NCBI GenBank assembly: GCA_030430425.1
Contig: JAUIFS010000002.1
Span: forward strand, 1 to 55,755
Direction: 5' to 3'
DNA: 55,755 bases
Source: a bacterium
Lineage (GTDB): Bacteria; Patescibacteriota; Minisyncoccia; Phycocordibacterales; UBA918
Part shown: positions 35,875 through 45,525 of the stretch, piece by piece
Position numbering within the stretch: the stretch's first letter is position 1
Layout: the number at the start of each line of letters is the position of its first letter
Notes under the pieces: generated by a model
What the model was told of the DNA's origin: nothing
Database searches by the model: none
What the model saw: only the letters and a program-made list of their open reading frames with translations
Position numbers and translations under genes: made by a program

Positions 35875-37188
35875 ATGACCATTGAGAAAATTCGTAAACG
35901 AGATGGTGCAGTCCAATCTTTTGATAGACAAAAAATTGAAACTGCTGTTGCCAAAGCACTCTCGGAAACAGGTGAAGGAAAATCTGAAAGCACAACAACA
36001 GTTGTGGAAAAAATTATGCAGCACATTGATACATTGTGTACCAATGCGCAGACACCAGGTACTCCTGAACATGACGCAGGTCTGTGTGAAAATGGCTATC
36101 CTACAGTGGAAGAAGTGCAGGATATAGTGGAGCGCTCACTTATGGAGCTTGATTATTTTGAGACCGCAAAAGCATATATTCTCTATAGAAATGCACGAGA
36201 AAAACTACGACAACGTGATTTATTTAAGAAACGAACTGCCTTTCGACCATATGAATATCCTGAGTTGGTTGCATATGTAGATGCAATTCGGCATTCGTAC
36301 TGGGTACACACTGAGTTTAACTACACAAGTGATATTCAAGACTTTATGACGAATGTGACTGATGCAGAGCGTCAGGCATTGCGAAAGACCATGTTGGCTA
36401 TTGCGCAGATTGAAGTTGCGGTGAAGACGTTTTGGGGCAACATTTACCACAAAATGCCAAAACCAGAGATCGGTGCTGTGGGTGCAACATTTGCAGAAAG
36501 CGAGGTGCGCCATATGGATGCCTACGCACATCTTCTGGAACTGTTAAATCTTAACGATGAGTTTGCTTCGTTGCATGCTGTTCCTTCAATTCAGTCACGC
36601 ATAGAATATCTCGATAAAGTAAATACACTCGCACAAGCACAAGACAAAAGTGAGTATGCGCAAGCGGTACTATTGTTCTCACTCTTTGTTGAGCACGTGT
36701 CGTTGTTTTCACAGTTTTTAGTCATCATGTCATTTAATAAATATAAAAACTTATTTAAAGGCATGTCTAATGCAGTTGAAGCAACATCAAAAGAAGAGCA
36801 GATACATGGCATGTTTGGTATTGATGTAATTAACATCATTAAAGAAGAACATCCCGAATGGTTTGATGAAGCGCAAGTAAAAGAAGTTCGCGCGATGTGC
36901 ATCGAAGCCTTTCAGGCTGAAAGTGAAATTATTGATTGGATTTTTGCAGAAGGTGAGCTCGATTTTATGCCTGCTGATTGGGTAAAGGAGTTTGTGAAGC
37001 AGCGTCTGAATAATTCATTGGTGAGTATTGGAGTGAGCCCTGTATTTACTATTGACGAGGCATTGGTTGAGAACACTGATTGGTTTGACGACGAGGTGAT
37101 TGCAACAAAACATGTCGATTTCTTTGACAAACGTTCTATTAACTACAACAAACGAAATAACAGCGTAACGGGCGATGACCTATTCTAG
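35875..37188 (+). CDS. nrdB: Class I ribonucleotide reductase beta subunit with an N-terminal ATP-cone
   Basis: IRKRDG....FD..KI...VEEVQDIVE...AKAYILYR ATP-cone; QIEVAVK, ESEVRH..AY, VEHVS, EEQIH; C-terminal DFF.KR..NY...DDLF. Confidence 0.92.
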   Translation: MTIEKIRKRDGAVQSFDRQKIETAVAKALSETGEGKSESTTTVVEKIMQHIDTLCTNAQTPGTPEHDAGLCENGYPTVEEVQDIVERSLMELDYFETAKAYILYRNAREKLRQRDLFKKRTAFRPYEYPELVAYVDAIRHSYWVHTEFNYTSDIQDFMTNVTDAERQALRKTMLAIAQIEVAVKTFWGNIYHKMPKPEIGAVGATFAESEVRHMDAYAHLLELLNLNDEFASLHAVPSIQSRIEYLDKVNTLAQAQDKSEYAQAVLLFSLFVEHVSLFSQFLVIMSFNKYKNLFKGMSNAVEATSKEEQIHGMFGIDVINIIKEEHPEWFDEAQVKEVRAMCIEAFQAESEIIDWIFAEGELDFMPADWVKEFVKQRLNNSLVSIGVSPVFTIDEALVENTDWFDDEVIATKHVDFFDKRSINYNKRNNSVTGDDLF

Positions 37189-37206
37189 GCATCAACAACA
37201 ATAACT

Positions 37207-38898
37207 ATGATTGATCGAACACAGCCATGGTACTGGCTTAACGACAATAGTACCGCTTTTTTGGAGAGGGGATATTTGCTTCCAGGACAAACTGCGCAGG
37301 AGCGTACGCGCTTTATTGGTGAGCACGCAGAGAATATATTGCAGCGACCAGGTTTTGCGGACAAGTTTGAAGAATACATGAGTAAAGGATGGATTTCGTT
37401 AGCAACACCAGTTTGGGTGAACTTTGGGCTTGAGCGTGGGTTGCCCATTAGTTGCTTTGGGTCGTACATTCCTGATGATATGCCGGGTATTCTTCATACG
37501 CAAGCAGAAGTTGGAATGATGAGTAAGTATGGTGGCGGCACGTCTGCCTTCTTTGGACATTTGCGTGAGCGCGGGTCAGAGATTACGAATAACGGCACAT
37601 CTTCAGGACCGGTGCATTTTATGCAGCTGTATGAGTCGCTTTTGAATGTTGTAAGTCAAGGAGCAACACGGCGCGGAACGTTTGCTGCATATCTGCCTAT
37701 AGAGCATCCGGACATACTCGAGTTCTTAGACATTGGTACCGAAGGTAACCCAATCCAGAAAATTAATCATGCAGTTACCGTAACCGACGCATGGTTGACT
37801 GCCATGGAGGCAGGTGATGAAGAGAAGCGTGCAATTTGGGCAAAAGTGCTACAACGTCGTGGCGAAATGGGGTATCCCTACATTATGTTTATTGATAACG
37901 CGAATACCGGACGTCCAGAAGTGTACAAGGAGAAAGATCTGCAAATATATGCAAGCAATGTTTGTAGCGAAATCATGCTTCCGAGTAAAGAGGATTGGTC
38001 GTTTGTGTGCTGTCTGTCTTCTGTAAACGTACTACATTATGACCAGTGGAAAGATACTGACTTGATTGAAGTTATGATTGGCTTGCTTGACGCAGTCATG
38101 ACTGAATTTATACAAAAACTTGAAGCAATGCGGGACAGTAATGCGCGGGACAAACAACAGGCGTTTCTGTTTATGGAACGTGCGTACAACTTTGCAAAAG
38201 AGAATCGTGCACTCGGACTGGGGGCACTTGGCTACCACTCACTGTTGCAGTCACAAAATATACCGTACGAAAGTGTTGAAGCGGGGAAGCTTAATGTGGC
38301 AATCTTTAAAGATATTCGCGAAAAAGCAGAAGCAGCATCAGAAAAGCTTGCACGGCAGTTTGGTGAACCTGAAATAATGAAAGGAACAGGCATGCGAAAT
38401 GCAACACTCATGACTGTTGCCCCGAATACGTCTTCAGCTTTTATTCTTGGGCAAGTTTCACAAGGTATCGAGCCTGTTTGGAGTAACTGTTATGTAAAAG
38501 ATGTCGCAAAGCTTAAGGTGACTATCAAGAACCCGTTTCTTGAAGCATTGCTCGAAAAAAAGGGAATGAATAAAAAGGAAATATGGGCAAGTATCCGAGA
38601 CAACGACGGTTCAGTACAACACCTTGAGTGCCTTACTTCTGAAGAGAAGGATGTCTTCCGCACGTTTGCTGAGCTTGACCAAGGGGTGGTTATTGAGCGA
38701 GCGGCAGTACGACAGCAATATATCGATCAAGGACAGTCACTCAATATTATGGTGCCACCAAGTATGCCGGTAAAGGAAATAAACAAACTCTATATGCAAG
38801 CGTGGAAACAGGGAGTTAAAGCATTGTATTACCAGCATAGTATGAATGCGGCACAAGAGTTTGCGCGACAAAAGATTTGTCGATCGTGTGAGGGATAA
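37207..38898 (+). CDS. nrdA: Class I ribonucleotide reductase alpha subunit, compact and without ATP-cone
   Basis: PISCF, SKYGGG, SQGATRRG, SNVCSE, VCCLSS, APNTSS, KALYY, C-terminal CRSCEG. Confidence 0.93.
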   Translation: MIDRTQPWYWLNDNSTAFLERGYLLPGQTAQERTRFIGEHAENILQRPGFADKFEEYMSKGWISLATPVWVNFGLERGLPISCFGSYIPDDMPGILHTQAEVGMMSKYGGGTSAFFGHLRERGSEITNNGTSSGPVHFMQLYESLLNVVSQGATRRGTFAAYLPIEHPDILEFLDIGTEGNPIQKINHAVTVTDAWLTAMEAGDEEKRAIWAKVLQRRGEMGYPYIMFIDNANTGRPEVYKEKDLQIYASNVCSEIMLPSKEDWSFVCCLSSVNVLHYDQWKDTDLIEVMIGLLDAVMTEFIQKLEAMRDSNARDKQQAFLFMERAYNFAKENRALGLGALGYHSLLQSQNIPYESVEAGKLNVAIFKDIREKAEAASEKLARQFGEPEIMKGTGMRNATLMTVAPNTSSAFILGQVSQGIEPVWSNCYVKDVAKLKVTIKNPFLEALLEKKGMNKKEIWASIRDNDGSVQHLECLTSEEKDVFRTFAELDQGVVIERAAVRQQYIDQGQSLNIMVPPSMPVKEINKLYMQAWKQGVKALYYQHSMNAAQEFARQKICRSCEG

Positions 38899-38922
38899 TA
38901 TATTAGAATAAGTATTATATAT

Positions 38923-39306
38923 ATGAACAAAACAGTACAACAATCATTAACAGACGCCACGCAATACGCACTGGCAACAACGGGAGCGTCTGGACTAAAT
39001 GTAGTGCCGCTTTCAATGCTTCGCGTTGTAGACGATACCGTATGGGTATTTGATTTCTTTATGTCAAAAACCGCAAAAAATTGTAAGGAACATGAAGCGG
39101 TAGCGCTCGCTGCATGGAAGGATTTTGCGGGGGTACAAATTCATGGGACGGCACAATATATTACCGAGGGAGCACTTTTTGCTGATGCAGTTGCGTGGGT
39201 TGCCACTGAAAATCCCGATCGTGTCGTGCGTGGATTGCTCGTGATCACTCCTACAAAAATATATGACATTTCTGCGGGCGCACATGCAGGAACAGAGATT
39301 GTGTAA
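38923..39306 (+). CDS. Pyridoxamine 5'-phosphate oxidase-like FMN-binding protein
   Basis: ALAT....NVVP....D.FMSKT..N...GVQI.G pattern. Confidence 0.75.
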   Translation: MNKTVQQSLTDATQYALATTGASGLNVVPLSMLRVVDDTVWVFDFFMSKTAKNCKEHEAVALAAWKDFAGVQIHGTAQYITEGALFADAVAWVATENPDRVVRGLLVITPTKIYDISAGAHAGTEIV

Positions 39307-39449
39307 CTACATACTCATTATTCCTGCGTTGATCACCACTGGCGTGATATGTGATAAAATAGATATCCAAATAGTGTTACAGAACGGTCACGGAGCACAT
39401 ACTATTTGTTTATGAGCAGAAAAGGTTATTACGTTAAGATTTTTTGAGT

Positions 39450-40403
39450 ATGAAAAATATTATTATTGCTGTCGTGGGACTGACGTTGATTGCAGGGATA
39501 CTGTATTTCTTTACACAAACTGAAAGCTACAAAAAAACAGAAGATGATACTGCACGCAATGCGGATGGATCAGTACAAGTCGAAAATGGAGACGATCCGA
39601 TACCTGTTGAGCCAGACGGAGGAATAGGTGACGGCGCAGAGTCACTTGATGATTTGCTCGATGATACAAAAACAGTTATTGGTGCCTCTACAGAAGGAAA
39701 CGATATTGTTGCGTATCATTTCGGATCGGGAGATACAGAAGTGCTTTTTATTGGTGGTATTCATGCTGGGTATTCTTGGAACACGGTTTTGGTTGCATAT
39801 GAACTCATGGATTATCTTGATGCACCTAATAGAGTCCCTGAGGGGGTAAAAGTTACTGTGATTCCAACACTTAACCCTGACGGGCAGGAAGCAGTTATTG
39901 GTACTACCGGACAGTTTACTGCAGCAGCAGTTCCTGCCGATGCAGCAAAGACGATCGAGGGGCGTTTTAACGGAAACAATGTAGACCTCAACCGAAACTT
40001 TGATTGTGACTGGCAGGCAGATGGCGTATGGCAAAATAAGCAAGTCAGCGGAGGGAGTGCACCATTCTCAGAGCCTGAATCAGCAGCGTTGCGTGACTAT
40101 GTAGCTAAAAACAAACCAACTGCAGTTGTTGCCTACTACGCAGCAGCAGGTGGGGTGTATGCATCAAGTTGTCATAATGGTGTGTCAGCAGATACTTCTG
40201 CACTTACAAAGCTCTACGCAGATGCAGCAGGGTATGGAGCACATGAAGAATTTGACTTCTACGAAGTAACAGGAGACATGGTGAACTGGTTGGCAAAGCA
40301 AGGAGTGCCTGCAATTAGTGTACTGCTCTCAGACCATACAAATATTGAGTGGGACAAAAATAAAAAGGGAATTGAAGCCGTCCTTAAGCAGTACGCACAA
40401 TAA
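39450..40403 (+). CDS. M14 zinc carboxypeptidase paralogue, probably inactive
   Basis: NPDG, DLNRNF, SEPE are present, but GIHAGYSW, VAYYA and ISVLL lack the ligand/catalytic residues. Confidence 0.8.
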   Translation: MKNIIIAVVGLTLIAGILYFFTQTESYKKTEDDTARNADGSVQVENGDDPIPVEPDGGIGDGAESLDDLLDDTKTVIGASTEGNDIVAYHFGSGDTEVLFIGGIHAGYSWNTVLVAYELMDYLDAPNRVPEGVKVTVIPTLNPDGQEAVIGTTGQFTAAAVPADAAKTIEGRFNGNNVDLNRNFDCDWQADGVWQNKQVSGGSAPFSEPESAALRDYVAKNKPTAVVAYYAAAGGVYASSCHNGVSADTSALTKLYADAAGYGAHEEFDFYEVTGDMVNWLAKQGVPAISVLLSDHTNIEWDKNKKGIEAVLKQYAQ

Positions 40404-40405
40404 GT

Positions 40406-41317
40406 ATGGAGATACGGAAGATACTACTCGCGGTACTTGCTGTGGGCATACTGGTGCTAGCAGCGTTGCTGTTTTTGGGTGGTTCGGAGCCAGTTTCGGA
40501 AGAAGTTGTTGAAGATATCCAAGAAGAAGTTACAGAAGAAATCGCTGCACCAGTGACACAATCTGTAATAGGTACATCGGTGGAAGGTCGCAGTATAGAA
40601 GCCTATACCTTTGGAACAGGAGAGACTGACATGCTGTTTGTCGGTGGTATCCACGGAGGATACGAATGGAATAGCGTGCTGCTTGCGTACCAATTTATCG
40701 AGGCGTACAAAGCAGTGCCCGCGCTCGTTCCTGAGCATGTGACGGTGCATATTATTCCAAGCCTTAATCCAGATGGGGTTGCGATGGTGACGGGGAAAGA
40801 TGGACGTTTTACTGAGGCTGATATTCTCTCATCGGTTGATCAGGCTACCGCTCGGTTTAATGCAAACGGAGTGGACCTTAACCGAAATTTTGACTGTAAG
40901 TGGCAGAGCGAGAGTTCATGGAGAGGGAAGTCTGTAAGTGCGGGTGCTGCACCGTTCTCTGAACCTGAAGCGGTAGCACTGCGTGACTATGTAGCTTCTA
41001 TTGCACCTGAAGCGGTAGTATTCTGGCATTCACAAGCAAACAATGTGTATGCTTCTGAGTGTGAAAATGGTGTCTTGCCAAAGACGCTTGAGGTGATGCA
41101 GGTGTATGCAGACGCTGCAGGGTATGGGGCCGTTCCTAGCTTTGACGCGTACCCAGTTACTGGGGACGCAGAAGGGTGGCTTGCATCGATTGGTATACCT
41201 GCTATTACGGTAGAAATGAAGACGCATGAAACAATTGAGTTTGCACAGAATAATGAAGGAGTAGAGGCACTCTACGCATTGTTTGCTCCCGAGGAAGAAC
41301 ATCTTGAAGTTCAGTAA
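40406..41317 (+). CDS. M14 zinc carboxypeptidase, MpaA-like
   Basis: GIHGGYE, NPDG, DLNRNF, SEPE, FWHS, ITVE. Confidence 0.85.
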   Translation: MEIRKILLAVLAVGILVLAALLFLGGSEPVSEEVVEDIQEEVTEEIAAPVTQSVIGTSVEGRSIEAYTFGTGETDMLFVGGIHGGYEWNSVLLAYQFIEAYKAVPALVPEHVTVHIIPSLNPDGVAMVTGKDGRFTEADILSSVDQATARFNANGVDLNRNFDCKWQSESSWRGKSVSAGAAPFSEPEAVALRDYVASIAPEAVVFWHSQANNVYASECENGVLPKTLEVMQVYADAAGYGAVPSFDAYPVTGDAEGWLASIGIPAITVEMKTHETIEFAQNNEGVEALYALFAPEEEHLEVQ

Positions 41318-41322
41318 GGAGC

Positions 41323-41362
41323 ATAATAAAATGCCTCGGCAGCTGCCGAGGCATTTTATTAT
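41323..41362. terminator. Bidirectional terminator (perfect palindrome)
   Basis: ataataaaatgcctcggcag|ctgccgaggcattttattat. Confidence 0.8.
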
Positions 41363-41745
41363 TCTGTTGTTGTTCCGTCAAAGTGTTCGTGCGCTTCTTC
41401 ACTTTTTGTCTTGTGGACTGTTTGGTCTTTATGTTCAGGTGGTGTGTAGATGGAGTATATTTTTAATTCTGTTGTACCTGTGTTGCGTACGTTGTGCTTT
41501 ACTCCTGAAGGAATCACTACCGCATGTTCGGCAGGTAGCTCATGAACATCGTCGTTTAAGAGTACTTGCGCTTCTCCTGATTCGACACGGATGAACTGAT
41601 CGAGCTCATGAACTTCCTCTCCTATATCGTCGCCCGGTTGTATGTTCATTAACACCAACTGGCTATTGTTTGTAGTGTAGAGCACGCGGCGATAATCAGT
41701 GTTTTTAAGTGTTTCTTCTTCAATATTTAGTATATATCCGTTCAT
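41359..41745 (-). CDS. Cupin-domain protein
   Basis: IGEEVH..DQF.RVESG, IPSGVKHNV.N. Confidence 0.88.
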   Translation of the reverse strand: MNGYILNIEEETLKNTDYRRVLYTTNNSQLVLMNIQPGDDIGEEVHELDQFIRVESGEAQVLLNDDVHELPAEHAVVIPSGVKHNVRNTGTTELKIYSIYTPPEHKDQTVHKTKSEEAHEHFDGTTTE

Positions 41746-41789
41746 ATAGTTTTCATTTTAGTTTTGTATATTGGTGTATACGCCAAAAA

Positions 41790-41836
41790 GTCATTCGTGC
41801 TATTATACCCCCTAGGGGTATAATAGCACGAATGAC
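41790..41836. promoter_or_regulatory. Inverted repeat with 22-bp arms, embedding TATAAT and a TACCC..GGGTA core
   Basis: gtcattcgtgctattatacccc-cta-ggggtataatagcacgaatgac. Confidence 0.6.
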
Positions 41837-41843
41837 CCAGAGA

Positions 41844-41880
41844 CAAAAGAAAACACCAGCCTGACTGGTGTTTTCTTTTG
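41844..41880 (-). terminator. Terminator after the DEAD-box gene
   Basis: caaaagaaaacaccag-cctga-ctggtgttttcttttg. Confidence 0.7.
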
Positions 41881-41895
41881 AAGTATTTGCTGTAA

Positions 41896-43185
41896 CTACT
41901 TTGTGTGTACAAACGTAAGCGCCTTACCTCGCTTTGTACCTCGACCGGTTCTTCCGATACGGTGCACATAGTCTTCAAAGGTGTTTGGAAGATCGTAGTT
42001 GATTACGTGTGACACATTATCAACGTGGATTCCTCGTGCTGCAACATCGGTTGCTACAAGCACGCGCGCATTTCCGCTCTTGAACTTCGCAAGTGAGCGT
42101 TGTCGTTGCGGATGCGTTTTGTTTCCGTGAATAGATTCAGCACCAATGCCGTGTTTGGTAAGCTCTTTGGAGAGTTTTTCGACACTATGTTTCATGGCAC
42201 CAAAAATAATAACTCGCTTGAGTTCGTCGGATTCATTGAAGAGGTTGCACAGTGTTTCAAATTTATCATGATGTCCGTGTGGTACGACGTCTTGCTCAAT
42301 ACTGTTCGTTACGTCTTTCTTTTTTACCGAGATAGTCACTGGGTTTTTCATAAAGTCATGTACCATTTTTTCAGCGTCTTTATTCATGGTGGCTGAGAAG
42401 AACAGCGTCTCCCGATCTTCAGGGGTAAGTGACAGAATCTCGCGCATGTCGTTGATAAATCCCATATCAAGCATACGATCAGCTTCATCAAGTACGACTG
42501 TTGTCGCATGAGAAGGATCGTATTTCCGCTGGTTGATGAGGTCAAGAATACGTCCCGGAGTAGCGATCACAAAGTGGTTTTTCTTTCGTAGCGATTGTAT
42601 CTGTGGGCGGATGCTTGTACCACCAACACATACGGTTGAGTAAAGCTTGAAGTTCTTGGTGAGTTTTTTAAACTCATCTTGAATCTGAATAGCAAGCTCT
42701 CGGGTTGGTGCGAGAATGAGTGTCTGTCGGCTGTATTCCTTCAGTGTTTTTTCAATAAGCGGCACTAAAAACGCAGCTGTTTTCCCAGTTCCTGTTTCAG
42801 CAAGACCAATAACATCATTCCCCTCCAGAATCTCAGGGATTACTTGGTCTTGAATGGGTGAAGGGGTTTCAATACCCATTTCACGAATCGTTTTTACGAG
42901 TTTTCCGTTTAGACCAAACGTACTAAATTTATGCTTTGGTGTATACACCTCTTCGGTTACTTCAACAGGGTTTTTGTTGATGAATTGTGATGGGTCAAAT
43001 GTGGGCATTTTTCGAGCGCCACCACGGCGATTGCCACCAGAACGACCCCCGCCACCACGGCGATTGCCTCCTTTGTATCCACCTCGGTTTCCACCGCTTG
43101 TGTTTCGGCGGTTTGAACTTGAAAATGTACTTCGCTTACGCGAAGAAGCTCCACTCCGACTCCGTCGGTTTTTTGTTGTATCCAT
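41896..43185 (-). CDS. DEAD-box RNA helicase with an N-terminal RGG/Arg-rich arm
   Basis: Q motif, AETGTGKT, PTRELA, DEADRM, SAT, ARGIHV, HRIGRTGR. Confidence 0.95.
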   Translation of the reverse strand: MDTTKNRRSRSGASSRKRSTFSSSNRRNTSGGNRGGYKGGNRRGGGGRSGGNRRGGARKMPTFDPSQFINKNPVEVTEEVYTPKHKFSTFGLNGKLVKTIREMGIETPSPIQDQVIPEILEGNDVIGLAETGTGKTAAFLVPLIEKTLKEYSRQTLILAPTRELAIQIQDEFKKLTKNFKLYSTVCVGGTSIRPQIQSLRKKNHFVIATPGRILDLINQRKYDPSHATTVVLDEADRMLDMGFINDMREILSLTPEDRETLFFSATMNKDAEKMVHDFMKNPVTISVKKKDVTNSIEQDVVPHGHHDKFETLCNLFNESDELKRVIIFGAMKHSVEKLSKELTKHGIGAESIHGNKTHPQRQRSLAKFKSGNARVLVATDVAARGIHVDNVSHVINYDLPNTFEDYVHRIGRTGRGTKRGKALTFVHTK

Positions 43186-43321
43186 TTACTATATATTAGA
43201 GAGAAACTATGTTCTCAAACGTGCAGGTTGTAATTTCAGAAGTAAATCTGCAGCGTTTGAGTCCTACACAGCTTCAAAAGCGTTCGGGTACAATAATACA
43301 TAACAAAGAGAATGTCAATCG

Positions 43322-43684
43322 TTACTGTTCTTTGTTGCGTAGGGAGTTAAAAAGTGTTCTGTTGTCAGGGTTCCCGTATTGATTAGGTGTGACGCTACCT
43401 GTTTTATATGAAATATACACTACAAAAAGTAGTGAGAGATAGGGGACGAGTATCATAAAAGACCAGATCCCACTTAGGTTGATGTCGTGTAAGCGACGTG
43501 CGGTAAGGATAAGTTGCGGAATCGTTCCGACAACTAAAAGTGGAACTATATTTTGTATATTAGAAAAGGTGACCCCATCTCTGAAGATATAGAGTGCGAC
43601 GAGTCCTATGAGCAGTAGCAGGAGTAACTGTCCATAGATGAAATTCTGTCGATTCATACGACCATCAAAAGGGTTTTTATACAT
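43322..43684 (-). CDS. DUF805-family membrane protein
   Basis: GRMNR..F, RRLHDI..SG.W, PNQYG. Confidence 0.85.
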   Translation of the reverse strand: MYKNPFDGRMNRQNFIYGQLLLLLLIGLVALYIFRDGVTFSNIQNIVPLLVVGTIPQLILTARRLHDINLSGIWSFMILVPYLSLLFVVYISYKTGSVTPNQYGNPDNRTLFNSLRNKEQ

Positions 43685-43806
43685 ATGAAGAGTATAGCAT
43701 TCACAACTTCTTATAATGGGCGTATAGTGTCTATAGAGGTCGTACTGTTTATTCAAGCATAATACAGGCTGTTGAAGAGCCTGTTTACTAGCGTAATAAT
43801 ATAGGT

Positions 43807-44193
43807 ATGGATATTTCACTCTTTTTAGCACAGGCATTTGGTATTTTCTTTGTAATTACGGGTCTTGGACTTGTGTTGCAACCAAGTGTGCTGCAGAAAC
43901 TATTTACCCGATATTCATCGAATCGTGCTGACGTTATGATGGGAGGAGTGCTCTCGCTTATTGTAGGAATACCACTTGTTTTAGTACACAATATCTGGCA
44001 AGGAACATGGGAAATTTTAGTCACCGTCATTGTATGGATTACTTTCTTGAAAGGAATGTCTCGTGTTTTACTGCCCGACATGGTTGTGTCCATGGCACAC
44101 AAAATGCAACATAAGCATGGCATGGTAAAAGCAATGTTGTGGATAATGATCGTACTCGGCGCGTATCTTATGTATGTTGGATTTGGTGTGTAG
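43807..44193 (+). CDS. 4-TM membrane protein
   Basis: LVHNIW...ILVT...W...LKG pattern. Confidence 0.75.
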   Translation: MDISLFLAQAFGIFFVITGLGLVLQPSVLQKLFTRYSSNRADVMMGGVLSLIVGIPLVLVHNIWQGTWEILVTVIVWITFLKGMSRVLLPDMVVSMAHKMQHKHGMVKAMLWIMIVLGAYLMYVGFGV

Positions 44194-44205
44194 CGTATGG
44201 ATGTC

Positions 44206-44243
44206 TACTAAAAAACACCAGAGTTATCTGGTGTTTTTTAGTA
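44206..44243. terminator. Bidirectional terminator
   Basis: tactaaaaaacaccaga-gtta-tctggtgttttttagta. Confidence 0.75.
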
Positions 44244-44249
44244 TGAGTG

Positions 44250-45377
44250 TTAATGGTGACTATGTCCGCAGTGATGCATTTCTTCATGGGGTACCGATTC
44301 CTGCTTTCCAAAATACCATGCAGCAATGAGCGTAGTCAGTGGTACTGCGAGAATGAGCCCGATGCTTCCAATAATAATACGCGCAATCTCTACGGCAATA
44401 ATTTCTTGATTTACAGAAAGTGACCAAGTGCTGTCAGCGCGTGCAAACAATAGTACCAATGGCAATGACGCACCTACGTATGCCAACGCCAATGTATTTA
44501 CCAACGAGCCAACATGGTCACGACCAACACGGATAGCGCGGGTGTAGAGTTCTTGCATGGTGAGTGTAGCGTTTGCACTTTTCAACTCCTGCACCACCGA
44601 CGCTTGCGTTATAGACACATCGTCAAGTATTCCTAAGATACCGACAATAATGCTTCCCAAGAGAAGACCAGAAAAATCGAGCGTGCCTCGTGTTGCAAAG
44701 TTAAGAAAAATAGCTTCGTCAGAGCTTAAGCCGGTAAAGCGCATTGCGTCAGTAAAAAAATATGCAATGGTGCAGGTGATGAGCACTGCACTGTAGGTAC
44801 CTATAAATGCTATGGCGATTCGTGGATGTATGCCATGTGTTCCAAACAGTACTGCTGCAAGTACAATACTTGCTACGCCTAGGCTTGCTATTGCGGGGTT
44901 CCATCCATTAAGGAGTGCAGGCACGAGAAGAAATAGTATTGCCGCTCCACTTATGAATAGAGAAAAAAGTGCACGAAGTCCTTGTATGCCCGCAAACCAG
45001 ACAAGCAGAACTATAAACAAAAGTGCTAGCGCAAAAAGTTCAGGGCGTCGATCGACATCCATAAGTATGTAATACTCATCGTTGTTGATGGTCCGCATAT
45101 AATTTATAAAAATTTTCTCACCTTTCTGTACAGGAGTCAGTTCATTTTCAAAAGTAACGGTACGCCCTTTCTGAGAGCCTTCGAGTATGGCAATAGTTAT
45201 GTTTTGTACTGTTGTTGTAGTGTCGGTTCCAGGGACGACTCGCTCGGTCTGTGCTTCTGCTGCAAGTACTTCAGCTCGTACTGTTTCTTTGTGGTCTTGG
45301 TGTAGTGTTCCTTGCGCAAAAACGTCTGAAGTGAGAACAGAAAAAAACAGGGTAATGAGTACGAGGAATTTATACAT
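44250..45377 (-). CDS. YibE/F-family membrane protein
   Basis: LGILDDVSITQ, GRDHVGSLVNTLALAY, GSIGLILAVP; His-rich tail. Confidence 0.88.
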   Translation of the reverse strand: MYKFLVLITLFFSVLTSDVFAQGTLHQDHKETVRAEVLAAEAQTERVVPGTDTTTTVQNITIAILEGSQKGRTVTFENELTPVQKGEKIFINYMRTINNDEYYILMDVDRRPELFALALLFIVLLVWFAGIQGLRALFSLFISGAAILFLLVPALLNGWNPAIASLGVASIVLAAVLFGTHGIHPRIAIAFIGTYSAVLITCTIAYFFTDAMRFTGLSSDEAIFLNFATRGTLDFSGLLLGSIIVGILGILDDVSITQASVVQELKSANATLTMQELYTRAIRVGRDHVGSLVNTLALAYVGASLPLVLLFARADSTWSLSVNQEIIAVEIARIIIGSIGLILAVPLTTLIAAWYFGKQESVPHEEMHHCGHSHH

Positions 45378-45525
45378 AATACCGTAATAGGGTACCTTAT
45401 TGGAGGCAGTGGATGCAACTACTTACTGCAGGCATAGGCTAGGTACACCATAGAGCTAGGAACCTTCTTTGTGGAGTGGTATGATGTTTTGTATTAATTA
45501 CAAACATATTTCAAAGAATGAATGT

